Source: Myxococcota bacterium
Lineage (GTDB): Bacteria; Myxococcota_A; UBA796; SXON01
Length of the DNA: 64,000 bases
Assembly (NCBI GenBank): GCA_040386535.1
Contig: JAZKFH010000032.1
Coordinates: forward strand, 96,001 to 160,000
Direction of reading: 5' to 3'
Made by a program: the position numbers and the translations under genes. The notes beneath the pieces are model-generated. The model was not told where the DNA came from, searched no databases, and saw nothing but the letters and a program-made list of their open reading frames with translations. Positions 18,654-27,762 of this stretch are shown here, in pieces. Position 1 is the stretch's first letter. Each line of letters begins with the position of its first letter.

Positions 18654-19310
18654 ATGGATGAAATGATCCACAAATCCACGACTGAGCCCTTCGGCGCCCT
18701 GGTGCGAAGGCTCCGGGAGCGACGCGGACTGACGCAGGCTCAGCTGGACCGCGCGACGGGCCGGAAACCCTCTTGGACCAATCATCTGGAGGCGGGGACA
18801 ACCCCCACGCCGGATCAGGAAACGTGTACGCGCCTGGCGCACGCACTCGGCGTCGACGGAGCCGAATTCTGGCGATCGGCTTCGTACGCGAGACTCGCGG
18901 AGACCGATCCGGAGGCGCTCCGCACGGTCCTGGCCGATCGCGACGAACAGCGCGCCGTTTCCGCCGAGCTCGGGGACGACGAGCGGCGCCTGGTTCTGGC
19001 GCTCCGGCGCATCGACATCGGAGCGGGCCGACCGGAGGGCCGTACCGCTGCGTCCCTCGTTCGGCTGGCCAACCTCGTCTTGACCCGCGGGCACCCCGCG
19101 GCGACGAGCGGCCCTGATGTTCAGGCGGCCGCGCGCGCACTCGACGCCCTGGACGAGTCGAGCCACCACGCCGCGCGGGCCGCCCTGGACATCGTCGTGC
19201 GCATCGGGCACATCCTCGAGGCCGAGAAAGAGCGACTCGGCCTGGCGCCCGCCGGGCCACCTCCACCGCCTCGTCGGAGAAGGGGGCGCCCCTCGGAGGA
19301 TTCGGCATGA
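18654..19310 (+). CDS. XRE-family HTH repressor (cI-like)
   Basis: FGALVRRLRERRGLTQAQL...NHLEAG...LAHALGV. Confidence 0.85.
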   Translation: MDEMIHKSTTEPFGALVRRLRERRGLTQAQLDRATGRKPSWTNHLEAGTTPTPDQETCTRLAHALGVDGAEFWRSASYARLAETDPEALRTVLADRDEQRAVSAELGDDERRLVLALRRIDIGAGRPEGRTAASLVRLANLVLTRGHPAATSGPDVQAAARALDALDESSHHAARAALDIVVRIGHILEAEKERLGLAPAGPPPPPRRRRGRPSEDSA

Positions 19311-20476
19311 GCGGCTGCCTGACCGACGCCACCTCGACGGCGGGGCTCAAGGCCCTCGCTCGTGAGCGGCCCGGGGATTGGCGCGACATCCTCCTGGATC
19401 GCACCCCCGAAGTTCGTTGGCATCCCCACGTGACCGTCGCCGAGGTGCTCGCCGCCGGCCGCGTCGGCGGCTTGCTGCCAGACTCCACGACATCCCCCGG
19501 TGTCCTCGCTGCCAGACGCACGATCGCGCACCAGCTTGCGCTCCGCTTCGGTCGAACGCGGATCGTTGACGTTGACGAGCAGCTCCTCGCGAAAGCGGCC
19601 ATCTGGCTGCTCTCCCGGAAGCGGGATTCGGATGCGGTCCCGTCGGCGGCACAGCCCCCCTGGACGCACGCGCACGGGCGCCGCGCCGCGACCCTGCTCC
19701 GCCTCGTGGGGCGGTCCTCACAGATCGCGCTTGGTCTCCGACCGATAGTTCGATTGCGCTCCCCGCAGGTTCCGGGGCGATCGCCCGCAGCGCAACCCGT
19801 TCACACTGCACGGTGGCCCCAGGTGCGCCGCCTGCTCGAGTGCTCCGATGAGCGGCTCGCCGCCGTGATTGTGCTCGTCTACGGCGCCGGAATGACGGAG
19901 CGGCAAGTGCTCCGGCTCAGAGTCCGCGACCTCCGCCTACCCAGGAAAGAGGTCGTCGTTCGTCCATCAGGGCTCCGAGGACCGGGCGCCCAAGCGCCGA
20001 CGCTTCGGCGTCCAATCCCCGATTGGAGCCTGTCCGCTCTCCACCGCGCGTTCCCGGAGCTTGGATTGCGCGATGGCATGGAGCTCCTCTTCCCGTCAAC
20101 AATTGATGACATGCGCCCGCGGGCCACGTTCACCTCCTCCCTTGTTCGTGCGAACCAGAACGCCGGTCTCCAGCCGGCCGTCGACTTCGCCGCGCTTCTC
20201 CGGGGCCACCCGCCCCTCGTGCAGCATCCGGCGAGCACGCGAGCCTCTGAACCACGTTCCCGCGCGAACGGGGCGTCGGCACCGCATCCGGCACGACCGC
20301 CGCGGATGTCGAGCCCGCGCTCACTCGTTCCTTCAGGATTCGAACCGATCGACCTGCTCGCATCCCTGCGGTCCTCGCCTATGACTGACTCCACGTGCCG
20401 GGCCCAAGGACCGCCCGCCGCGGGCAATCCGTCACGGGGTCAGGGCGTGGGTCGCCTCCCCTCGCGCCGCCGGTAG
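19307..20476 (+). CDS. second tyrosine-recombinase-fold protein, catalytic residues missing (paralog of 15142..16767)
   Basis: Box I reads YGAGMTERQVLRL.VRDL (R->T); box II degenerate (FAALLR); N-terminus aligns with the paralog; ATGA-coupled to the XRE gene. Confidence 0.7.
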   Translation: MSGCLTDATSTAGLKALARERPGDWRDILLDRTPEVRWHPHVTVAEVLAAGRVGGLLPDSTTSPGVLAARRTIAHQLALRFGRTRIVDVDEQLLAKAAIWLLSRKRDSDAVPSAAQPPWTHAHGRRAATLLRLVGRSSQIALGLRPIVRLRSPQVPGRSPAAQPVHTARWPQVRRLLECSDERLAAVIVLVYGAGMTERQVLRLRVRDLRLPRKEVVVRPSGLRGPGAQAPTLRRPIPDWSLSALHRAFPELGLRDGMELLFPSTIDDMRPRATFTSSLVRANQNAGLQPAVDFAALLRGHPPLVQHPASTRASEPRSRANGASAPHPARPPRMSSPRSLVPSGFEPIDLLASLRSSPMTDSTCRAQGPPAAGNPSRGQGVGRLPSRRR

Positions 20477-20508
20477 GCCTGGCGCCCGCTTTCCTCCAAG
20501 GTGACGAC

Positions 20509-21168
20509 TCAGAAACCCGACGGTGTGGTGTCATCGTACCGCTGGGTCACCTTGGCGCACGGAACCCCGAGGCCGGTGTTGAGCATCACCTTGAGCCCGT
20601 GCTCCTCCAAGTAGGGGACCATGGCCGCGAAGACCCCCTTGTAGACGCGACCCCTCACGTCCGCACCCAGGAGCGAAACGAGCGCGAGCTCGGCGGCCGG
20701 CCTGTTCTTGATCCTGACGGCGGCCTCCGCCGGGTCGTCCAGATGGATTGCGAGCATCCAACGAGCGCCGAAGTCGTCCGAGTCCCGCTCGGTCGGCTGC
20801 GGGTCCGCGGGCGACGCCGGATCCCACGAGTACCATCCCGAGTGCCGCCCGCTGTACACAGCGTGGATCTGCCGTACCCGGCCTGTCACCTCCAACTCCT
20901 CCATCCGAGCGCGGATCCGCTGCATCGCGAAGTCATAGACCATCGCCTCCTCCACATCCCCCAGGAACCCAGCCGTCGCCGCGTGCACAAGGCCCCCCAG
21001 TGGATCGGCGGCGAAGGCCTCACCGGGGTTCCACAAGACGACCTGGAGGTCCAGGTCGCAACCTTTCGCCTGCACCGCCGGTGGCGCCAGGAGGGCGGCG
21101 ACGACGACGAGGGCGCGGATGATCGGTATGCGCGTGGGCGCCGGCGAACGGACGGTCGCTTCGTTCAT
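20509..21168 (-). CDS. hypothetical exported protein
   Basis: Signal-peptide-like RALVVVAALLAPPAVQA; GGAG RBS; GC3-biased ORF. Confidence 0.6.
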   Translation of the reverse strand: MNEATVRSPAPTRIPIIRALVVVAALLAPPAVQAKGCDLDLQVVLWNPGEAFAADPLGGLVHAATAGFLGDVEEAMVYDFAMQRIRARMEELEVTGRVRQIHAVYSGRHSGWYSWDPASPADPQPTERDSDDFGARWMLAIHLDDPAEAAVRIKNRPAAELALVSLLGADVRGRVYKGVFAAMVPYLEEHGLKVMLNTGLGVPCAKVTQRYDDTTPSGF

Positions 21169-21303
21169 GAGGGTCTCCAGGGACGTCGGCGACGCAGCAG
21201 CACCCGCCAAGCGCTACCTTTACCATGATCCATGACAAGACGGCCTCCATGACTGCCTCTTGTCGCTGTCGGGGATCAAGAGGTGACCCTATCCTCCGCC
21301 GCC

Positions 21304-21657
21304 ATGCAGGATCCCGTCACCGCGGACGCCGCGCGGCGCATTCGCGAGCTGCGGAAGCGCGCGGGCTTGTCCATCGAAGCGCTCGCCGAACGTGCGGAGA
21401 TGCCGCCAGACACATTGGCGCGCATCGAGCGCGGCAGCCGGTCCCCGACGCTCCGGACCGTCGGCCGGATCGCGGCCGGGCTGGGCGTCGAGCCCGTCAC
21501 GATTTTCTGGACGGAGGCGGTCGCTTCGGTTCCGGGGGGTCAAATGCCTGAACACGTTCTCGAACTCGTCCAGCTCGTGGCGGGCCGGCCTCCCCGTGAC
21601 CGTGCTCGGGTTCTGCGTGTTGCCCGTGCACTCCTCGCGGAGGAAGACGACGGTTGA
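21304..21657 (+). CDS. XRE-family HTH regulator
   Basis: RRIRELRKRAGLSIEALA...LARIERG.RSPTL. Confidence 0.88.
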   Translation: MQDPVTADAARRIRELRKRAGLSIEALAERAEMPPDTLARIERGSRSPTLRTVGRIAAGLGVEPVTIFWTEAVASVPGGQMPEHVLELVQLVAGRPPRDRARVLRVARALLAEEDDG

Positions 21658-21705
21658 GACTGGCGGATGCAACCCGCGATGTGCGGGGAGGAGGCCCCTC
21701 GTCCG

Positions 21706-22050
21706 CTACCCAGTCGTGACCAGCGCCAGCAACGCTCGGCGAAGGCGCAGCTGGGTGTCGGGGTCCGTCGGCGGAAGCAGCCGGAGGAACGCATCCAGAA
21801 CGGCGTCCCGTGGGTCGCCGGTAGACTCCGACGGGAAGAGCTCGAAGGGCTGTACCTCCAGCACCTCTGCGATCATCACGAGAGACCGCAGGGATGGCTC
21901 CTGCCGCGCGCATTCGATCCGGTTGAGGCTAACAATCGACAGCTTCGAGCGACGTGCGAGCTCGGCCTGCGACAAGCCGCGCCGTGTGCGCAGCTCGCGG
22001 ATGCGTCTGCCTGTCTCGATGACGAATTCATCTGGGGTCACCGCCGCCAT
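21706..22050 (-). CDS. XRE-family HTH regulator
   Basis: GRRIRELRTRRGLSQAELA...LNRIE...EPSL. Confidence 0.88.
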   Translation of the reverse strand: MAAVTPDEFVIETGRRIRELRTRRGLSQAELARRSKLSIVSLNRIECARQEPSLRSLVMIAEVLEVQPFELFPSESTGDPRDAVLDAFLRLLPPTDPDTQLRLRRALLALVTTG

Positions 22051-22111
22051 CTAACCGGTGGGCGGCGGTCGAGTTATTAGACAAGCGCTCATATCATTAT
22101 ACTAAGCGACC

Positions 22112-22993
22112 ATGCCCAAGGAGTTCGGCATGGCTCTCACCTCCCTCCTCGACAACCCTGACACCCGCCGCGCGCTCTCACCCTTCATCGCGAAAGTCGA
22201 GGTGCCGGCTGCGTTCCCATGTGTCCTTGCACCGGGCGCGCACCCGCAGATCGTCGGCACGGCCATCGAGTACGCTCTGTACGCCGGCCTCTCCGCACTT
22301 CGGCAGGTCGTCGGCGAGCCGCGTGCCGCCAGGATTGGTGCTGACCGCATCGAGGCGTGGTCTCCTGCCCTCCTCCGCTCCTTCGGCCTCGGCGACATGC
22401 GAACGCGCGTGGAGCACGCGGAGACCGCACTCCGGCGGCAACACTCAGCGGACACCCTGGCTCCCGCGGTCGCTCGCGCCTGCCTCGTGCTTGCGCGGGT
22501 GGCTGCGGTGGCACGCGCCGAGCTCTGGTTCCTGTCGCACCTGCCGAGCCGTGGCGCCGCCATCGTCGCCCAGCCCTCCGACGACGAGATCGCCGAGCTT
22601 CGCGACCTCTATGCCCGCCTGCCCTTCGCGGAGCTCCTGGGCTCCGAGCGCATCGTCTTCAGCCCGACGTTCGGCGAGGGCAGCCGACGTGTGGGCGGCG
22701 CGGTCGGAGACCTGATCGTCGACGACCTCCTCATCGAGCTCAAGACTCGGGCACGCTGCCGGGCCACGGCGAAGGACTTGCGCCAGCTCATCGCCTACGC
22801 GGGCTTCGCCAACCGCTTCGGGATCGACGGGCTCGCAGAGGCCCCGCGCATCGAGCAGGTGGGGGTGTTGTTCCCGCGAGCGGGGCGGTTGTGGACGACT
22901 CCCCTGCGTCGCCTCGTCACCGAGGGCTGCGAAGCGTGTGTGGTCGAGGTCCTCCTGGCTCGCTCGGGCGCGCCCCTCGGGGAGGCCAGATGA
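22112..22993 (+). CDS. PD-(D/E)xK (RecB-like) nuclease-domain protein
   Basis: GGAVGDLIVDDLLIELKT...RQLIAYA motif. Confidence 0.7.
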   Translation: MPKEFGMALTSLLDNPDTRRALSPFIAKVEVPAAFPCVLAPGAHPQIVGTAIEYALYAGLSALRQVVGEPRAARIGADRIEAWSPALLRSFGLGDMRTRVEHAETALRRQHSADTLAPAVARACLVLARVAAVARAELWFLSHLPSRGAAIVAQPSDDEIAELRDLYARLPFAELLGSERIVFSPTFGEGSRRVGGAVGDLIVDDLLIELKTRARCRATAKDLRQLIAYAGFANRFGIDGLAEAPRIEQVGVLFPRAGRLWTTPLRRLVTEGCEACVVEVLLARSGAPLGEAR

Positions 22994-23709
22994 TCTCCAA
23001 CCCCTTCGATCGAGCCCAGAAGCTCGCAGCCCACGGCTCCTACGACACGAATGAGGGACGCATTGCGCGACGGTTCCTCGCGGTGCTCCTCGCGGCGCAT
23101 CCGACAGTCGGCGCGACGATCGGCTGGCACGTAGGGGCGAATGGAGAGGCCGCCCGTGGCGCGGGTCCGGCCCAGGCCTCCAAACGCGCGCCTTCCCCAC
23201 CCAAACGCGCGGCCCCTCGCCCGGCCCGCCCTCCGCCGCCGCCTCCAGAGGACACCCGCCGGTTCCAGCTCCGCACGCCACACCAAGTTCATCTGGCCAG
23301 CGCGCTCCGGGCGAAACACGGCGTCCGGATTCGGTACATCCAGGGGATCACGCCCGGCGAATCGATGCAGGTCGAGGTCACCGGACCGGCACCCACTGTC
23401 GCCGCGTACGAGGAGGAATGGTCGCGCTGTGGCGACGCCCTCGAAGCGATTCTCGATGAGATTTCCGCCATGTTCGCCGACGAGCTCTTCCCAGGCGCCA
23501 TCCTGGAGTGGGAGCCGAGCGCCCTGGCGGAGCCCAATCCCGAAAATCCGGAGGCCGTGAAGCGCCCGAAGCGCAACGCGTGGATGCTCCGCGCGATGGA
23601 GTGGGAGCGCCGGGTTCGACGGATGCGGGCGTTCATCCCCCTGGAGCGGTTCCGCCCGGTGGCGAGGGAGGCGGTGCGGGTGGCGTTGTGGAACAAGGGT
23701 GGGGGGTGA
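22990..23709 (+). CDS. hypothetical protein (DUF2786-like N-terminus possible)
   Basis: ATGA-coupled to the nuclease; AQKLAA....NEGRIA N-terminus, Pro-rich linker. Confidence 0.55.
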   Translation: MISNPFDRAQKLAAHGSYDTNEGRIARRFLAVLLAAHPTVGATIGWHVGANGEAARGAGPAQASKRAPSPPKRAAPRPARPPPPPPEDTRRFQLRTPHQVHLASALRAKHGVRIRYIQGITPGESMQVEVTGPAPTVAAYEEEWSRCGDALEAILDEISAMFADELFPGAILEWEPSALAEPNPENPEAVKRPKRNAWMLRAMEWERRVRRMRAFIPLERFRPVAREAVRVALWNKGGG

Positions 23710-24305
23710 TGTGGTGGGCGGGAGCCATACAGTATTGACAGGGAGGACGTCGACACCCGGCGGCCCCCTCTCTCGGAGAGGTGACACGGAGGGCCCGGCG
23801 AGGCCACCATAGACGGGTCCACTAAGTTCTTCGAGGACGTTTGCAGGCGAACGTTCGCGAAGCTTCCGCGGCTCGTCGAGCACCGCGAGGGGGCCGGTCT
23901 GCTCGCCGAAGAAGCGGCCGAGCACGCGTACGTCCTCGCGCGCGTCGCCCAGCACAGGACTTGACAGACGCAGCGCGCGGTGCTGAGCTTGTTTTGCTCG
24001 CTGTCCTTGGTGTCCAGTTGCTCGCTACGTAGCTTCAGGCCGCAGGCGCGAAGACGCCGAGGCAATTCGTCCTGACCCGTGGTTCATTGCGGCGGACGTT
24101 GCGCCGGCCGCCACCCAGGGCAGTCCCACTGGTTGGCCGGGCTCATTCGAGTAGAGCGCGTGCGAGTGCGTCTCCCCCCGGGGTCAGGGCGTCTCCCGCG
24201 CGCGTTGCTCGCCCTCCCGCAGAGGTTCGACGCCTCGTTGACCACGATCCACCTTTCCATCGCGCGCAGCTAGGGCCAGCTAGGCACGCCGTGAGCCCTC
24301 CCGGG

Positions 24306-27218
24306 TCACCGGACGTCGGACTCCACGAGGCTGATCAACAGCGCGGTCCCGGAGGACGTGATCGCGTAGCGCTTGCCCGTCACGACCCACAGCCCGGACA
24401 CGTCCGCCTTCTTCAGGTCTCGGAAGGCGCGGGAGATGTTGTTGTGCGGAACGTCGATATCCCCGTGCTGGGCGAGCGCCTCGCTCATCTCCTTCGGGCT
24501 GGCCGGCTCCTTCTGCTGGCGCCGCGTCCATTCGAGCGCCCACAGGATCCGCGGCACCCACACCGTCCCGCGTGAGGCGAGGTCCCGCGGGATGCGGCCG
24601 AGCTTCTCGGCCGAGGCGTCGTTCGCGCCGGCCCCGAGGCCGGGAAAGAGGGTCGGTCCCGGCCGCGCCGCGCCGTCGGCCGCGCTCGGAGACTCCTGCC
24701 ACGACTGCCGGGGCCGCTCGATGGTTCCGCTGAAGATGCTCGCCGTGACGGACAGGACGTCGCGCGTCCATCGGTGATCCGCGAGGTCGACGAGCTGGGC
24801 GTTCTCCGCCTGGTAGCGGGCCTTCAGGTACGCCTCGAAGAAGTCGTCGGCCGTGCTCTCCAGGAGGTCGCCGAAGGTGCACCCGTCGTCGCTGCCCGCC
24901 CCCTGGCACCGCTCGATGAAACGCTCTGCCAGCTCGCGGTCGTACCAGCGTCCGGCGCACGCCATCAGGAAGCGGAACTGTCGCTCGCGGCTCAGGCGCA
25001 TGAGGTGGACGTACCCGGACGCCGTGAGCCCGATCCGGCTCGGGAGCCCGGTGGCCGGGGAGGCGCGGTTCTGTGCGTCGCACACGAGTCCGCTGCGGAG
25101 GAGGCTCAGGAGCGCCTCCCGCACCAGGACGGTGCGATATCCCCAGGCCCCGAAGCGGGCGACGACGACCTCGGAGCGCTCTTCGAGTGGGCGTGCGTGC
25201 GCCAGCTTGGAAGTGCCGTGCAGGTAGGCGAGGAGGCGGAGGCGCAGCGCGTGCGGGACGGGCACCGCCGGCTCGGCGTCGAACACGTTCGCGAGCCCGA
25301 CCCGCTCCGTCATCGTCCGCGGCGTGCTCACGGAGAGCAGGCCCTGCAGGACGGCCGCCGTCGCGCCCCCGGTTGTCGCGGCCTCGACGCCGGAGGCGAC
25401 GACGCGTCCGGTCATGTCGAGCGCCGCCCGCATATTCTGGCCGGCGAGCGCGCCCACGAGCTCCGCGCCGGCGGAGCGGTTCGCGAGCAGGTTCCTCTCA
25501 AGCCGGTCGCACCAGACAGGCACGGCGTCCGACGCCTCCCCAAGCTGAACGGATCGGGACGCGTTGAGGAGGTGCGCCCTCGCGAAGTCGAGGCGGCGCC
25601 GGAGCACGTGGTCGAGGCCAGGCGTCTTTACGTGGAACACGAACGACAGCGGCGTGGAGCTAAGGAATCCCTGCGGGTGGCGGCCCTCCCGATACGTGTC
25701 CTCGCGGATGCAGAACACCACGATCGCGGGCGTGTCCCGGGCGAGCTGCTGCGCGAGCCCGTAGACGCACTTCTGGTAGTCGCTGTCAGCCTGGTCGATG
25801 TTGTCGATCGCGAGGAGGACCGGGTACCGGAGGCCGTCGGGCCGCTCCAGCCGGTGCCGCAGGTGGCGGATGAAGTGCACGAGCCACCCGACCGGATTCT
25901 CCCGGTACTTCTCCACGACCTCGAGAACCTTCAGGCCCCACTCGTCCTCGTGCTTGGCCCAGTAGCTCCGGGCGACCTCCCGCGCTTCGTCGAGCGGCCG
26001 GTGGCAGAGAGTGCGGAGCGTCGCCATGTGGAAGGGGTCGCCGTGCCGCTTCGCGTTCTCGTCGAGGTCGTCCCGCCCGCGGAGCACCCCCTTGGTGGAG
26101 CGCTGCAGGCCCTCCAGGACTCGCTCGGCGACCTTGCGGTGCTCGTCGGCGGCGTTGAACGTGCCGGCCCTGCCGAATCCCTCCAGGTCGATGATCGCCG
26201 GGAACGCCAGCCGGTCGACCTTGAGCTTCCGGAAGGCGCGATGGATGAACGTGGTCTTCCCGGCGCCGATATTACCGACGACCACGACCGGGTGCTTCAG
26301 CCCGATCTTCTCCCGCCACGTGACCGTCCGCGCGAAGTCGTCCACGTCCCCGTCGAGGACCTCCGCGTCGCCGCCCTCGACGTGCTCGGCGCTGTCCTTG
26401 AGCAGGCGGGCGATGCTGGTGTCGAAGTCGCTCGTGAGGTTGGGAGACACGTAGCAGCGGTCGAGCATCTCCAGACGGTCGTCCGAATGGATGTCTGCGA
26501 GCATGTACGAAGAGATCGCGGCAATCCGCGCGACGTCCTCGTCGTCCCGCGGCCGGCGCTTGAAGCGGAGGACCTCCGCCGGGATGATCGGCTCTGGCAA
26601 CTCGCCGAGGGTCGGCTGCTCCAGCAGCCGGACGATCTCGCTGCGGCGCCCGTCGCGCCCGAGGCAGTCCATGAAGTCGTCGAACCGCGCGAGCACCTCC
26701 TCCGGCGAGAGGAACACCAGAGCGCGGCCCTCCGTCCAGGGCGCGCGCGGCGCGGAGAGGCCCCGGAAGAAGATCCACTGGGCCCCGTTTGTCACCGCGC
26801 AGAACGGCACCGCCCTGGCGTTCGCGTATCCGGCCGCCTGGTTCATCGCGCGGCGCAGGTTCTCGCCGCCCTTGCTCATGAGCCCCTTGACCGCGCGCAC
26901 GTGCGACCGGTCCGACGGGAAGGCGGCGGGGTCCACGTGGAAGGTTTCGTTGATCCTCTTCGCCTCCACCACGAGCCAGGGCTCGCCCGCCCACCGCAGC
27001 AAGTAGTCGAGGAAGTCGCCTCCGCCCGACCTCGCCTCGAACTCGGTGGAATCTCGGTCCCAGCCGAGCACCCGCAGGACCTCGTCTACCGTCCGGACGC
27101 GGGTGGTCGCCTCGTTCGCGTCCCAGAGCTTCAACTCGCCCACCGCCTCAAACGCGGCCGACAACCGCTCGCGGCGACCGCCATCCGGCGACTCGGCGTC
27201 GTGGTGCCCCTCGGTCAT
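24306..27218 (-). CDS. HsdR-N-like nuclease + P-loop NTPase + C-terminal HTH-like protein (putative defence)
   Basis: NEATTR...LGW...DYLL...VVEAKR...TNG nuclease motifs; GNIGAGKTT Walker A; LLAIDNIDQ Walker B. Confidence 0.8.
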   Translation of the reverse strand: MTEGHHDAESPDGGRRERLSAAFEAVGELKLWDANEATTRVRTVDEVLRVLGWDRDSTEFEARSGGGDFLDYLLRWAGEPWLVVEAKRINETFHVDPAAFPSDRSHVRAVKGLMSKGGENLRRAMNQAAGYANARAVPFCAVTNGAQWIFFRGLSAPRAPWTEGRALVFLSPEEVLARFDDFMDCLGRDGRRSEIVRLLEQPTLGELPEPIIPAEVLRFKRRPRDDEDVARIAAISSYMLADIHSDDRLEMLDRCYVSPNLTSDFDTSIARLLKDSAEHVEGGDAEVLDGDVDDFARTVTWREKIGLKHPVVVVGNIGAGKTTFIHRAFRKLKVDRLAFPAIIDLEGFGRAGTFNAADEHRKVAERVLEGLQRSTKGVLRGRDDLDENAKRHGDPFHMATLRTLCHRPLDEAREVARSYWAKHEDEWGLKVLEVVEKYRENPVGWLVHFIRHLRHRLERPDGLRYPVLLAIDNIDQADSDYQKCVYGLAQQLARDTPAIVVFCIREDTYREGRHPQGFLSSTPLSFVFHVKTPGLDHVLRRRLDFARAHLLNASRSVQLGEASDAVPVWCDRLERNLLANRSAGAELVGALAGQNMRAALDMTGRVVASGVEAATTGGATAAVLQGLLSVSTPRTMTERVGLANVFDAEPAVPVPHALRLRLLAYLHGTSKLAHARPLEERSEVVVARFGAWGYRTVLVREALLSLLRSGLVCDAQNRASPATGLPSRIGLTASGYVHLMRLSRERQFRFLMACAGRWYDRELAERFIERCQGAGSDDGCTFGDLLESTADDFFEAYLKARYQAENAQLVDLADHRWTRDVLSVTASIFSGTIERPRQSWQESPSAADGAARPGPTLFPGLGAGANDASAEKLGRIPRDLASRGTVWVPRILWALEWTRRQQKEPASPKEMSEALAQHGDIDVPHNNISRAFRDLKKADVSGLWVVTGKRYAITSSGTALLISLVESDVR

Positions 27219-27643
27219 GCGCCCCTCGCCGGGCGTTCGCTACCGCGGGTCTGCTTTGCGCGCGCCTCGGCGTTCAAGGTGCCGTGGCGCGCGCACGCTG
27301 TGGGCCACGACCGGGCAGGCGATCCGACGGCGGGTTTGGTCACGAGATCCTACGAAGGGAGGCGGAGTGTGCCCGATGGGAGTGGCGGATTCAAGCGGCC
27401 GAGGCGAGAGCGCGCGGCCGACCGGCGCGAGCTTCCGCCGAGCCTGGGCCAGATGCGCATGGGCAGTCCAGGATGCCGCTCCTTCCGCGGCGGCGGGGCG
27501 AACCGGGGCGGCTCAAGCCCCACTCCGGCGCTCCCCCACCCCTCGACAGGCCCAGACGCGCGAGCTGAGCCATCGCAACAGGCAAGTGTGATGGCATGGC
27601 CCTGCGATCTCGTCACAGGGCCTCTTCCCGGACGCGCACCCCT

Positions 27644-27755
27644 TGTACCCGAACTGTACCCCAACCCAGCCCTTCCAGGCCCCTCCAGGCGGGTACAACG
27701 ACATAGGGGGCCCCGCGGCCCCCAACAATTCCAACTACTTGACCACCCCTACGAG
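27644..27755. other. att-like element end
   Basis: TGTACCC direct repeats (27644, 27655), inverted copy (27691), IHF-like CAACTACTTGAC (27732-27743), just before the core gene stop at 27763. Confidence 0.55.
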
Positions 27756-27762
27756 CCCGAGG

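Larger units (their letters stand above)
14830..27755. mobile_element. putative integrative element / genomic island (left boundary uncertain; may include the copper cluster)
   Basis: Tyrosine integrase, divergent XRE/HTH switch, nuclease cargo, att-like sequence at 27644-27755, abrupt return to core genes at 27763. Confidence 0.65.

Noticed and set aside
23709..24300. Short ORFs after the nuclease pair
   Set aside because: No convincing start or motifs; possibly a gene remnant.
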